From positions 7,486,889-7,550,888 of the forward strand of contig OZ037772.1 in NCBI GenBank assembly GCA_964035545.1: 64,000 nucleotides of DNA. The letters run 5' to 3'. Each line of letters starts with the position of its first letter. Position 1 is the stretch's first letter. This stretch comes from Bugula neritina. Its lineage: Eukaryota > Animalia > Bryozoa. Below, one piece after another: positions 26,901 through 42,302 of this stretch. A program made the position numbers and the translations under genes. Under the pieces are notes generated by a model. It made no database searches, was not told where the DNA came from, and saw only the letters and a program-made list of their open reading frames with translations.

Positions 26901-29900
26901 AGTAGAATATCTTTGTGAGTTATGCCCAACTGATGAGTTATTTCTCAATAAAGACAGCTCTGGCAAAACTGCTTTATGCTACATTGAAGACAGGAATACA
27001 GCTGAACTGCTAATTAGATCAGCAACAGAAGATGGAAGGGCTAAACTGCTATCAGCTGTTGACAGAAATGAACAAACATTGTTGCACCAGGCTGCTAAAT
27101 TCGGTAGAACTAATGTAATTGAGTATATTTATAGCTTATTAGGTAATGTGGAGCTGTTCTTGAAGAAAGACATTTTTGGCAGAACAGCACTACACTATTC
27201 TAAAAATAAACATGTAGCCAAAGCTCTGTTAGAAAAAGTCCCTTCAAAACATCAAAAAGAGTTTATTTTATCAGTTGACAATAGTGGGCGGACAGCACTG
27301 CATGCAGCAGCAGTCACTGATAAAGCTTTTGAAGTACTCGAATACTTTTGCGAATTACACATAGCAGACGACAAAATGCTAATACAAAAAGACAGAAATG
27401 GCGAAACTGTTTTACACTACGCGGCCAACAAACAAATTGCCAAGTTGCTCATAGATTCAGTTTCACCAGAGAGAAAAGCGGAATTTCTATTCTCTATGAA
27501 TGCTGATCAAGGCACAGTGTTGCATAAGGCTGCTTCATCTTTCCGAACTGATGTTGTCATGTTCCTTTGCAGTTTACCATTACTTGACAATGAATTTATA
27601 TTTCTGGCAAACAAATTTGGTCATACCGCTTTGCATTATACTAAAAATAAAGAATCAGCGAAAGCGATTGTGGATTCGGTTACACCACCAGCAAGACAGA
27701 GAGACCTACTTCTTTTACAAGATAAAAACAAATCTACAGTATTGCATCACGCAGCTACAGACTGGTATGAACAAGATCTAGTGGAATATTTTTGCAGCAT
27801 ATCATTGGCAAAAGACGAGCTGATATGTGCTCAAAATTCTAATGGCCAAACGGCATTGCATTTTGTGTATGACTCACAGATGGTCAAATCTATTGTTTTT
27901 CATCTACACCCTGAAAAGTTACCGTTACTGCTAATGAGTGAAGATAACACAGGAAACACACCTATTCTCTCATTAGCATTCTCAGGAAATGTTAATGCTT
28001 TGAAAGTTCTTCTTAAGCATATTGATGATCAGTGTGAGCCAGAAATAATGTCACTATGCTTACAAAAACACAACAAACTGAAACAGAACATTTTACACCT
28101 TGCAGCTTTGTCACCATATCTTGACCAGCTCTATGATGTTTTGATAGAATATTTATACTGTGTAGATATAAGCAGCATGATGTATCCTGATGTTTATGGT
28201 AATACCCCATTGCACTATATTGCTGCCAAGTATAGCACCAAAATATTTGCTGACTTTATGTTGCACCTTCCTTTGACATTGAGAAAGAATGTCCTGACTT
28301 GTCCAAACAAGCAGAAAACTACATGTCACTCAATCATTGCTAGATCTCGTTTTGATACTAGATACTATGTTGATAAGGTTCTAGGAGGTGATGCAGCAAG
28401 TTTAGCAGAAACAGGCAATGCTACATCTTTATTCGGCATATTTGCAGCTATATCAAAACGCCTCGTTTGCCCTGTCCCATACGCATATAATGAGGATATT
28501 TTCAAAGTATTGCAGCATACTCTAAATCAATACCTACTGCCATGCATCTCTGTAAATGATGAAACAGCTAAACTGTTACCTGCAGCTGCTACTGCAAGAA
28601 TTAAACCAGAAAGATGCCTTCAAAAACAAGGAAAAGTAAGTTATCTGAAACATTTTCAACAATTTTCTCACCAATTATTTTTTGACCGTCACTGATTAAA
28701 CTTATAGTTTGCATAGTTACCATACAGTTTTAAAAACAACTTCAACAGCTGCTGTTGATATCAAACGACAATCGTGTAGATAGTTATGTGAAACTATGTT
28801 ATACAAACTCCAGCTTATATTTTTAGCATCTGTTCAACCTACAACATATGTTTTTTTCAGTAAACATTTTTCAAAAGCTTCTTGAAAAACTAAACTCGCA
28901 CTAAATATTGTCCAATTGTGTTTACATCTCTTTATTTAAGTGCTGAGAGTATATAATTTCTTCAAATAGACTTTTCTAATCAAGGATTTTTGCTATAGTT
29001 GGTAAAATACAATTTTGAACAGTTGTGCTAATTAAAATTGTTTGAAAATTACTTTTCAACCTGATTTTGTGATATGTTAAGTTATCAAAAACAATTGTGA
29101 TATAGAAAAACTGTAGGATGTCAAAAACTAGCCAGTTTTAATTATATTGCTGAAAAGTTTTAAACTTCTTACATTAGACTTTGAAATTGTGTTCTATATT
29201 TATCATCACCATCATGAAACATTCATTAAAACTATAAATTATACTGGACTCTGATAGAAATCAAGTGATGCACAAGACTACTCGTTGATAGTGGTAAGCT
29301 CAACTGATGTGGAAGGGCCAAAACAAGATGTGGTACAGCATAGACTCAGTGACATGGATTACTCTGAATACCATGGCAAACCTAAGGTATCATGTCTATT
29401 TGTCCAACCAAAGGATATATAAATGTATCTTTCAATTTCAATGTATTTGTATTGGTTATCTTACCCAGTATGCAGTTAACACTATAACTTACAAGTTTGC
29501 TTTGATGCAAATTGGAATTACATGGTAAATTTTGTAATGTAAAGAGCTAAAGATTGGGTGATTTTTGTTTTTTATACATAGATAGCAGTTATACAAAGTT
29601 CTGCAATGGAACCAAATCTGAACTTGATACCACCAGGTCCTGATTATCTGATACTCTCAGTGAAATATAACACAGCTGAATACACAAGGTAATGCTATAA
29701 ACTATTAATTAACCCATAAAGTGATTGACTGGATGTGTTTTAACTTTAGTTTACATGTTTTTTTATACAACAAACTTTCAAGAACTTTTTTGCTCAGGAA
29801 TCCGGTACAAGATGTCGAAAAACACAACTCTATTCAATCATTTATTTCTGAGCTCAGCTGTTGTCCTGATGTACAGAAAGTGAATGTAAACTCAACTCTG

Positions 29901-31731
29901 AACAAGATATACATCAGAGGAAAAAATAAGTGTCTTGCAGATGGTTGTAAAGTGGGTTATAAACCAATTGATGATCCAATGCAAGCTGAATCTAATGAGA
30001 AAAAGTCCAAAGCATTGATAATTTGCAATCAATTTAAAATCAGAGATGGAATGACTCCAGAAAACCTACAAACAACAAAGTCTCGCAAGACTACCTTAAA
30101 AATGGCCCAGACAGTATTTGAAGATTATTGGGACTTTGAGGTAATGACCTTCTAATGACATATGTTATTTATCATAATCAAAGCATGCATAATTGAAAAT
30201 ATGTTAATCTAAATTGTACTTATTAGTAATAATCCAAATACGAATGCTGATCAAAATTTCAACTTTCCATAATTCTCAGATAATGCTATAACTATGGAGC
30301 TCAAACAAGTTAACACATAACTATCTTTGTACATAAAGGCTAATTGTGGTATATGAGTGCAAGTTACAATTATTAAATCAGTTACCAGATAATGTTGTTA
30401 GTGAACCATATTATTCTTTAAACTTCTTTAAATTAGGTAGAAGTCAAGTATGATCTCTCTGCAGAAGAAATACTCAGTTCTATATCTGAGTTCTCCAGAT
30501 CAGAAGGACATGGTTCAATGGCTGCTTTGACTATCCTCTCCCATGGATATCAAAGAAACATAATGGGAGCTGATAACCAATCAGTGTGTTCTGTACAGGA
30601 AGTAGTCGACTCATTCAACACAGGAAATGTTGAGAATATAAAAAAGGTTTGAGAAAACTCATTTTAATTACACAGCAGTTGCGTATATTGGCGTCAAATA
30701 TTGATTATATTTCCATCATGCCGTCAAAAATAAATTTCTCAATGAAATAATATTTTTCTGATACACTTTCACTCTTTATATTGTAGTTACTATTTCTGTC
30801 TTACTGCCGAGGAGGTATTCCCACTCAGTTTAATCGTGCTCAACACAGCTTTGAGTCTGGTTCTGGTTTTCCATGGCCAGAGCGAGGGCCTTCAGAGCCA
30901 AATTATCAACCACTCAAAAAGTTTCTAGATGAGTCGTTTAGAAAGCAGGAATGGTACAGTCTACCAACTTTCCCACCATTGGAAGTTCCTGTAGACTGTT
31001 ACATTATGTTCTCCACTCTACCAGACAGCAAGTATGTAGCATCAGAACTGATTTTCAGTATTGAATTGATCTAAATTTGCGTCAAAAGAAATTCAAATTG
31101 CTTCGGCCCTGCACATAATATGCTATAGCAAATTTTCAGCAAAGTGCCTTACTTTACTTTTCGTAACCCATAAACAGCTCACAAGACTGTTTATAGATGT
31201 CTTCAAACAAAATCACAGCTATAGATTCAATTGTTTTGATTAGAAAAGGTACTCTTTTCTTCCCATAAAAAACCCAGTATTTGAAAATAAATAAACTTTT
31301 ACAATAGTTTTTCATGTGAATCAAAATATATTGTTGTGGGCATAGTAATTAATAATTAGTTAAACTGGGTACCCGATGTTTCATAGTCCCACTGCCTGTA
31401 ACATATTCCATCGTGATTTTACAGGTCAAAGCCAGGACTGATGTTCAAGTGTTTGTCAGAACATCTGAGAGATCTGACCAGTGATTACAGAAGTAAACTA
31501 TTGACACCTGCTACCAGCTCTTCTGATGACATCACAGAACAAGCAGACAGAAAACCGTCAAAAGAAAAGCCAGTAATGAGAGTAAACCTACTTGATTTAC
31601 TCACAGATGTAGCTGGAATAATGAGAGATACGTCCAGATCTACACAATATGCTAACTTATGTTATACTGTTGATAGAAACAGTCAACAGATCTTTATTGA
31701 CATCTTTAAGCCCAGCTCTGAGTCAAAATAA
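23905..31731 (+). CDS. Ankyrin-repeat / pseudo-caspase / caspase (peptidase C14-like) protein, paralogue 1, ~2020 aa. Exons 23905 (or 23920)-28635, 29258-29386, 29582-29688, 29798-30140, 30437-30646, 30787-31031, 31425-31731
   Basis: GT-AG splicing in phases 0,0,2,0,0,2 gives an uninterrupted frame. 18 double-ANK units, then caspase motifs KALIICNQF, LTILSHG (His 30542-30544), LFLSYCRG (Cys 30805-30807), DCYIMFSTLP and LLDLLTDV. Confidence 0.88.
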
Positions 31732-33538
31732 AATATGAGTCACACCCACTGATTCATAGGAGTGTATTTATGTTATATAAATAGTGATAGCATTCATATA
31801 ATAGTGGTCCTGCTTAGCTGATAGTGACAGTACTTTACAAGTGATAGTGATATTCTTATATAAGAAAGATTAAATTTCTGTTATAGATTGTCACTGTAGC
31901 CGTTTTAGTTTACTGTTTAAATATGAGTGTTTTCATCAAGTAATTATGACACTCTTCTAGCCGGTCACACTGACCTGTATACTTGGAATCATAGAGACAA
32001 TTTTTATTATCAAAAACAGATTCTAATTTACACAACTATACTGTTGCTGCTGGGTAATCCAACTCATTGCAGAACTTTTATAGCCTATGCCAGTGATTTT
32101 TATATACCATGTGGCCCCTATGGCTATTATATGTTATTGTAATATATAATATTATATTATTATATATCTTATGCTATATTTATACACTGCCAATTTTGTT
32201 CTTGTTATATTGTACATGTAAATATAGTATCGTCAGTTATTCACAATTTTGCTACATGCATGGTGTTCATACAAATTAATACATAATTATACATACATGT
32301 ATACTATTTCACCAATATCTTTTATTTGTGATGATTTTCCATTTACTAACGCAATGTATTATAGGCCTATCATAGTGGTGCAGCATCGCTATCTTTTAGT
32401 TACAAAGCCGTTTTCCTATGCTATATTTTTAATGAAGGCATATTTTCCATGGACTATTATTTACATTCTGTACAGCTACTAGGCCAGATATTTTTTAAAA
32501 TAATACTTTTTTCCCTAACTATTATATATGGTATCTTTTTCACTTTTTTGTATCAAGTGTTTTAGATTGCCTACTTTTGCTTGCTTTGTCATACATAATT
32601 TATACATAAGAACTTCATATTCTGCTTATTTCTTATCCTTTAACATGCTAATAAACTCTCCTGAAAATAAACATAAATGTATTTGTTTTGCTGTATAGTT
32701 GTGTGTTTCTGTTAACCATATTCAGGTTATGATTTAAAGCCACAGTTTAAACAATCAAACTCAAACCATAAGATCATGAAACATAAATATACTTTAAAAG
32801 TAAAAGTATTATTACCTCAGTTTTGTTCTCTTGGAAAAGTAAATTTAGTGTAGACAACTCCAAACTGCAAGAAAATTAGGTAATCTAATTTCTAATAGTA
32901 TTCCATATTTTAAAGTTTGGTGGAGACAACTCATAGCTAAAAGGAGCTTGTTTATACAGATTGCACCACGTTACATTATATTTCAAAAACAGGTTAAATA
33001 GATAGAACAGTGTGACCCTTTAAACCCCAAACCTCTTTTATTCTTACATTATCTATGTAGTATGATGTGCATTTCATTGTGTGAAGTCTATGAAGTCGAA
33101 TTATTCTTTAACTTAGTGTTTTGATGCAATTCTCTTATTTAAGCTCAAGTTGCAGAATGAATAACTTATTGAGGAGTAACGCTTGCTCAACAAGCATGCT
33201 TTATATCCTGTATAAAAACTGAGTCACAGCATCAACATGGAAGTATAAGGAAGTAGCATTTGCACTGCAGAGAGTAACTCATCAACTCAAGAAGAAGTGA
33301 ATAAACTGTGTAACATCTGCTATACCATCTTGACTACACAGTGGATATACTCATATACTGTCCTCGACTAAAACGCATGTATTATAACATACCCATAGAT
33401 AACTGAGACACACTGAATGCTGGCACTGTTATTGTAATAAGGCACAAAACAGTTTTAGGAGTTGGCACAGCAGTCCTAGTATTGACAGCAGGCAGCCTTA
33501 GAATTATGATATATTACGTAACTAAACTAGCACAGTAA

Positions 33539-33923
33539 AGTTGCGTTTATACCTCTGCTGAAAAAAGTACCGAGTTTAAGTTAATAACGCTTTTCCGGGT
33601 ACCCCTTTATAGTCAAACTGAAACTCGTTGAAATCATATTGATGCGGTTGCTCACTTTCTGAAATTGAAATTTGACTCGCATAATAGCTATTTGATGCCC
33701 TTTGTAAACGTCATAAATTAGTGAAGCGGAAAGCATAAAAGCGATAATTGAGAACGCGTAGGCTATATAATTATAACCGTATAAGTACGTTGTCTAATCG
33801 TCAAAGTAATAACTAAAAAACGATGTTTACAAGGAGTTATTACTCCTATTCTAAAATTGGCCGATATTTCAACCCGACCAAATTGAAATTTTGACCGAAA
33901 ATCGTGAAGGTATAAACGCAACT
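33539..33923. mobile_element. MITE family B (Harbinger-like), copy 1
   Basis: TIR AGTTGCGTTTATACCT...AGGTATAAACGCAACT; an inverted copy lies at 36434-36847. Confidence 0.85.
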
Positions 33924-33926
33924 TTA

Positions 33927-34269
33927 GCCTAGGGCTATACTGTGCGTATTTTCGCATGCGAAACTTGAAATCACAAGTAGCAAAGGTGTCCACTGTACGC
34001 CTTGAGAAAACATTCGCACTTGTCGCTCAGCATTCTCAACGCAAGTGCGAATCGTCTGTGTCGTCGTCACCTAATTGGCTGGTAGTTATTCAGCGAGCCC
34101 AATTTCTTTATTTTAGTGCTGCATTCCAGGAAATTGCGTTTTATTGAAAGCGAGTGCGATTTAAAAAAGAAAGCTCTATTTATCACGCATCACTGACGCT
34201 ACAGTGGACACCTTTGCTACCTAGGTTTCAATTTTCGCATGCGAAAATACGCACAGTGTGGCCCTAGGT
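33927..34269. mobile_element. MITE family A, copy 2 (opposite orientation to copy 1)
   Basis: Same TIRs; the interior is the reverse complement of 22497-22840. Confidence 0.85.
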
Positions 34270-35840
34270 TAACTGTAAACCAGCCCTAATGTTTGTATCT
34301 CCTGTCAGCTGAAACACTGAATGCTGGCACTGTTATTGTAATAAGGAACAAAACAGTTTCAAAAGAGGGACCAGCAGGCAGCCTTAGGATTCTGAGATAT
34401 TACGTAAATGGACTAGGACAGCAACTGCAGCAAACCAAGCTTAATGTTTGTATCTCCTGTCAGCTGAAACTCATCCTCAGTGTAGAAGTGTGCTAGTATC
34501 GTAAAATTTAACAGCGCCTAGAAAAGCATATTGGTGATGAAAGAGATTTTTGGATAACTCAAGAAATTTGTGCATTAGGATCTTATTGATAACACAATAA
34601 TTGAAATACTGACAATGTTCAGTTTTGGGTATGAATTACTCAGATTGGTGCGCAGCCTGTAACTGGCCTTGTAAGAATACACCAGGATTTCTAGATGCAG
34701 AAGTTTGCTTGCTGTTAAATTTGCTGAAAAAAATTGAATAAACTAAAGCAAAAGTTATATAATTGATTGCTGCATAAGTGTGGTTAAAAATATCAAGGTA
34801 TTGCTCACAAAAGCCATAAAAACATTTATTATAAAATAATAATTCAGACCATATAATAACATGATTAAAAGTAAGTAACCTCTTGGGTCCTTCATACAAT
34901 ACGCAGTAAATAATATTGTTAAAATAGTAGATTAGAATAGTAACAGTTTTGTTATAACTGCTGCCAACTGGTTGTACTAATTTTGTCAAGAGTTTATATA
35001 CTCTGGTTGTTGTTACTGTACCAGGAAAAACTTTGTTGCATAAACAATAATTTTCTCTAAAATACCACAATGATTGTGTCCCAAAGCATAGCAAACACTC
35101 ACTGGGTAGCCTCAGAGTATCAACCTAGCCTGGCAGAAGTAGGGCGAAAATGACAGGCACCCAACCACAACACCTTGACTACAGATCTAATAGTCAGCAC
35201 AAGGCAGATGAGTAATGTGTGCTGATATATGTCACCCAAACATGAATAAAAGTTATTGAGGTCAATAATGATTTATATAGTGGGCAACACACAATCAGTT
35301 ACACAACCCTTTATATATTATACTTTCCTGTGTGAAGTAAAGTTCGCCTCAAGCTTTCATATGTCAAAGATAAGCATGTATATTGTATACATTCTTTGGA
35401 TGTGATTTCATAGGTAATATGATAGAACACTCAACTCTATTGAATAGTGTCACGCAACACTAAATTAGTAACACTGAGTAAGTGTCTACAATCATTAACA
35501 GGCAAGAGGCTAGTGCTATAACCAGTGTATTATTTTCATGTAGAGACGTCTTCAGGGTGAAAGGTGAAGGACATCTCCATATGAGTGACTAAGAAAGACT
35601 AATTTGCATTTGATTTGGTGAGTTCATACTGGGTAGATTATCTGAATTCTTTTATATGTGTACAGTTAAGAAACAGTTTTGTACTAATTTTACTGTATCT
35701 CTTCAGTCATCTCATGCTCCTACACTTATAGTGCACTAATTAGTCATGTTATTCCACACTGTGTTGCATAATTACTGCTGAGAGAGGCTCTTGTTACATG
35801 ATTCATCATAACTGTTGTGGTATAGCTAGTGTTTTTCTTA

Positions 35841-36063
35841 CTCACACACACACACACGCACACACACACGCACACGAACACACACGCACACACACGCACA
35901 CACACGCACACACACGCACACTCACACAAACACACGCAAACACACACGCCCACGAACACACACGCACACACACGCACACACACGCACACACACGCACACT
36001 CACACAAACACACGCAAACACACACGCCCACGAATACACACGCACACACACGCACACGCACAC

Positions 36064-36102
<39 letters not shown>

Positions 36103-36180
36103 CACACGCACACACACACACATACTCACACACACACACACGCGCACACATACGCGCACACACACACGAACGCACACGAC
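35841..36180. repeat. Complex (CA)n/(CACG)n microsatellite
   Basis: Direct inspection; source of the spurious HT/CV ORFs. Confidence 0.97.
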
Positions 36181-36433
36181 AAACCCTAGCTTTTACACTG
36201 ACCGTCCATGTCTATTGTTTAATGGACACATATGAGAAAAGTGATTTCCTGTTAGTAGAAAGTACCTTGCAAATTGAAGTAATTCTTCGCTTACAACACA
36301 AAGAATAACATATAGGTTTTGAGATCTCAAAAATTCTTCACTAATAAAACAATATTACCCTCTGTAATTATTGTCTCGAGGTTTAAAAATCATGAAGAAG
36401 TGTAATTGAAATTTTGTTTCACTGCAGGTGTGA

Positions 36434-36847
36434 AGTTGCCTTTATACCTTCACGATTTTCGGTCAAAATTTCAATTTGACCGGGTTAAAATTTCTCCGAG
36501 TTGCATTGCATTGTAAAAGCCACTCGTTGAAATTTTTGTACTGTGATAACTTAATCGGCCAATTTTAGAATAGGAGTAATAACCCCTTGTAAACATCGTA
36601 CTTATACGGTTATAATTATATAGCCTATGCCTTCTCAATTATCGCTTTTATGCTTTCTGCTTCACTAATTCACTGCGTTTACAAAGGGCATCAAATAGCT
36701 ATTATGCGAGTCAAATTTCAATTTCAGAAAGTGAGCAACCGCATCAATATAATTTCAACGAGTTTCAGTTTGACTATAAAGGGGTACCCAGGCAAGCATT
36801 ACTAACTTAAACTCTGTACTTTTTTCAGCAGAGGTATAAATGCAACT
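36434..36847. mobile_element. MITE family B, copy 2, TSD TGA
   Basis: TGA|AGTTGCCTTTATACC...GGTATAAATGCAACT|TGA. Confidence 0.87.
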
Positions 36848-39800
36848 TGAAAGATGCCTTTTTTTACTGCAATTGCAGAGATTCAAATTCTTTTGAAAAA
36901 CTCATATGCTGACTTTAATTGCTTGGATTTAACAGCAAAAGAAAGGACATGATTTCTGTCACTATAACAGTCATGTTATAGCAGGTTATTTTGACCAACT
37001 GGTTAACTAAACCAGTTCCTCCCAACAGTTTACTAATTGCATGATTATTTCTTTTAAAATGTTGATGAGCTGCTTTTATTTAGAATATCACTATATGGTT
37101 ACCACAAGATAACCAGTTAGCCTATAGCAAAATAGGTCTGTTAATGGTTGTGTGTCTTACTCTTCCACCCGTAATTTTTTATTTCCTGCATGTTTGTTTT
37201 CTTACGTCTATATATACCGGTAGGTGTTTAGATGTTTGTGATGTGAAAGTTTGCTGAAAATTGCATTGATAGTATTGGAATTGCTATTTGTATTGTTGGT
37301 TGTGCATTTGTCACAGATTTTATAGTTCAAAGTAGTAATCTTGTCATTTGTGTATAACTTACCATGACAGTCACATTTACCTGATATTTGTTCAACAGGC
37401 AAACACCATTGTGTAGCCCTCAGTAATGACCATGCATCACTAGCTGCGCATAAAGTATTTTTGTTGTAATGTAATATCATTATTTAGTGGTGTCAGATAT
37501 GTAATATAAATGAAATAGAAACGCGCGTTATGTAAGATTATTACATTTTGTATGTCGCTTGCTTATCATTTATAGCAACTATCAAACCTGCAATGAATAA
37601 TCTTCTTCTCTTTTGAATAAACAAAAACTTTGTGCATTGATTTCTCTGCATATCTTTTCTTTGTCTTTTTTATTAAACTCATCAACTGAACTTATTGTAG
37701 CATATTGCCTTGCAAATAGTTTGATAAAGTAATAAGCTATTTTATAATATAAATTTGAAATTAAAAGTGCCCGTAACAATTTAGTTTGCTTGTAGTATTA
37801 ATAACTAGGAAAAACATCATGTGAGGAAACCAACTTTAACTATGATATATTGGTACTTAGCTCTTAATACTTAAGCACCCGACAAAGTTATATTGTATTT
37901 CTGTGAATATAAGTACCTTAATCACAAAAAATCGCAATCTTATATGTTGGTGGATTTTTACAGTTTTGTACTCTCAACCCAAAATTCATAAATCTACCAG
38001 CCATAAACGTACTCAGTGCTAGCATGATGTAAACATTTTTGGCTGATATTGTCTCAGCTGAAGTTAATCCTCCCCAGTATTTTCATGTCACTGACTTTGC
38101 CTCAGGTTTTGCTATATTCATGCATTTTGTGTGAAGGTAAAGCTTCGACTTGCACACACTTTGAAAAAACTATAAAAAGCAATAGAAAAATTAATTGCAT
38201 AAAAATCACTTTTGCTTAAAAATAACTTTCAAAATGAAATAGTGGACCAATATTTTGAAGATATAGCATACCAGCCCCTTGTTGTAATTTCTAGGAGATG
38301 CTTAAAATGACTGTATACATTTTGTATTTGCTTTTTAAATTTTTTTCTGTTAATAAAGTATTAATGTTCTTTCTAATTAAAAACTATTATTCTGATAATG
38401 GAAGTTTTGAAAATGTAAAAAACTATAATAACTTTACATATGATTAATTCTTGCAGTGCTTATAATAATCATTAAACATATTGTTCAGGTACAAAAACTG
38501 ATTTTAAGTTGACCTAAATTTGTGTAGAGTCAATCAAATCTGATAGGGAAAACCTTTACACATGATCAAAGGACAGATGACGCATTTTTTTAAGTTTCTA
38601 CTGTTTAAAGCCATGCATCTTATTTCAAAGAAATCAAATTTATTTAAGTTCACTCAACAATTAACAGGGTGGCTGAACAATTTAATTCTACAAAGCAACA
38701 TCTTCTGTGCTATATCATATTTCATGTTTGTAGAGCTGAAGAAAAACAATGACGTGAAGCAGAGTTCATTGTGTTGGTGTGGAGACTTTCACTTGTGCTG
38801 CTGAATAGCATTTATCTAAGAATCTGAAAATTGTAACAAAGGAACCTATTACACCATCAAGTAAGTTAATTTTAATCATCAGTAAAATTCCTTCTAGTCA
38901 ACATTTAGATTTAGTTGAAAACAAAATAATATTTTGATCCCCAAAGAGTTTACTAGAGTCTGAACATCCTGGTAACAGTTTTCTCAACAGAGTGTAGTTG
39001 TCTTTCCTATAATCAACAGAACATATATAAGAAATAGACATCGGTCACATTGTGGAAGCTGTTTTGTTTTTTATTATTACAGCTGCAAAAGTGTGCTGCA
39101 TATCAAATAATATAGAACTTATATTACAAGCAGCAGGATTAGAAAACAACATACAAGTATTAAAAGCTTGTGCAAACTTTTGACCCAATTTTCTGATTGG
39201 TAGATGCAAGTGAACTATTGGACAAATTCAAAGTCTAATATACAATCTAGCTTGACATAAAGTAATCTGGTCTAATCTACATGAAACGGCAAATCCGTAA
39301 CAAACTACGTACTAGATCAAATTCTTACCATTTAGTAAAACCCTTCTTTATCTCTCTTTATTGATGATGTTCTTAGCTGTAGGTGGTATAGGTGCTAAAA
39401 GAACATAAATTCTGTCCAGCGATTTTGTTTTGGATTTTTAGGCTACAGTCTACTGTGCAATTTTATTTTTTATTGTTTCAGCACAGGAAATGCTTAGTCA
39501 CATGCTCCAAAAACTAATTAATCCCATACTACAACATTTTTGTAAACAAATACAAATATATTATAATTTAAATGTATTAAGTAAGTGTGTTAGTGTGAAG
39601 TTTACAGTGTAACTTTTCATTTAATTCTTTTGACTTGCAATTGATTGGAGTTTTCAATTTTGAATTAATGCACCCAACTGTCAAGACTAAAAGTGTAACA
39701 TGTCTAGTTGGCAAAAATAATATTATGCAATACTACTTGTGTATAGGACATATAGCACAAAGCTTAAAACAAGTATTGATAAAAACACGATGTAAATAAA

Positions 39801-40412
39801 TACAGCTATTATAGAAAAGTAAACAGCTATTTTGTTATACTTGAGTTATTTACTTATTACACATATTTTTGTCAATTGACTGTAACTGAGGGCAAAGTCT
39901 GTGCTGTAGGCACAGCTTGTTTATAAAATGCAAACATGATATCTCTTCAACCTACAGCTTTGCATGTTTCACTATATATAACATATATAAATCTTTTTTA
40001 AAATACACAGGTTGTTGTGACTCTAAAACTAGTTATACTGTTATAGCTCTACTGTATTTTTTTAATATAGCAACTATTGCAATACTGCTATATTGCAATA
40101 GCAAAACTAATTATTGCAATGCTAATAGCAACTATAATGTAAAGCATTTTAACTATAATAACTACTTAATGCAGCTTTGGCTTGGGAATTAAAGCTTTGC
40201 TTCATGAGTTTGAGGCCCGACAAAGGTCTTTGGTGATGTTAGGAAGAGCATCCAGTCATAATTGCTCCTATGCCTAATTTAAATAAGTCTTTAGCCTGCT
40301 TTAACAAAAACCCTTTTCATTGGGGTTCTCAGAGGCATAGCGACTATAAACTTGCGTGAGTTTTTTACTTAATGCAGCTTTGCAAACAAAAAAGACATGC
40401 AAAAACAGTAAT

Positions 40413-42302
<1,890 letters not shown>

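Noticed and set aside
28636-28695. Treating the three large ankyrin ORFs as complete stand-alone genes ending at 28695, 44828 and 61458
   Set aside because: Each ORF has a GT donor at the homologous position (28636, 44778, 61450), and the read-through tails are unrelated intron sequence. The downstream exons are conserved and in frame.
34950-35305. Possible additional solo LTR (AATAAAAGTTATT as in the 12383 element)
   Set aside because: No convincing termini or TSD could be identified.
35744-36308. ORFs rich in HT/CV or YI (also 3968-4300, 15606-15815, 40356-40607, 54927-55238, 61951-62592)
   Set aside because: These are translations of micro- and minisatellites.
37340-37450. Possible minus-strand EGF-like pseudo-exon (LHNGVC / GKCDCH followed by GTAAGT)
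   Set aside because: It needs a frameshift, contains a stop and has no partner exons; too weak to call.
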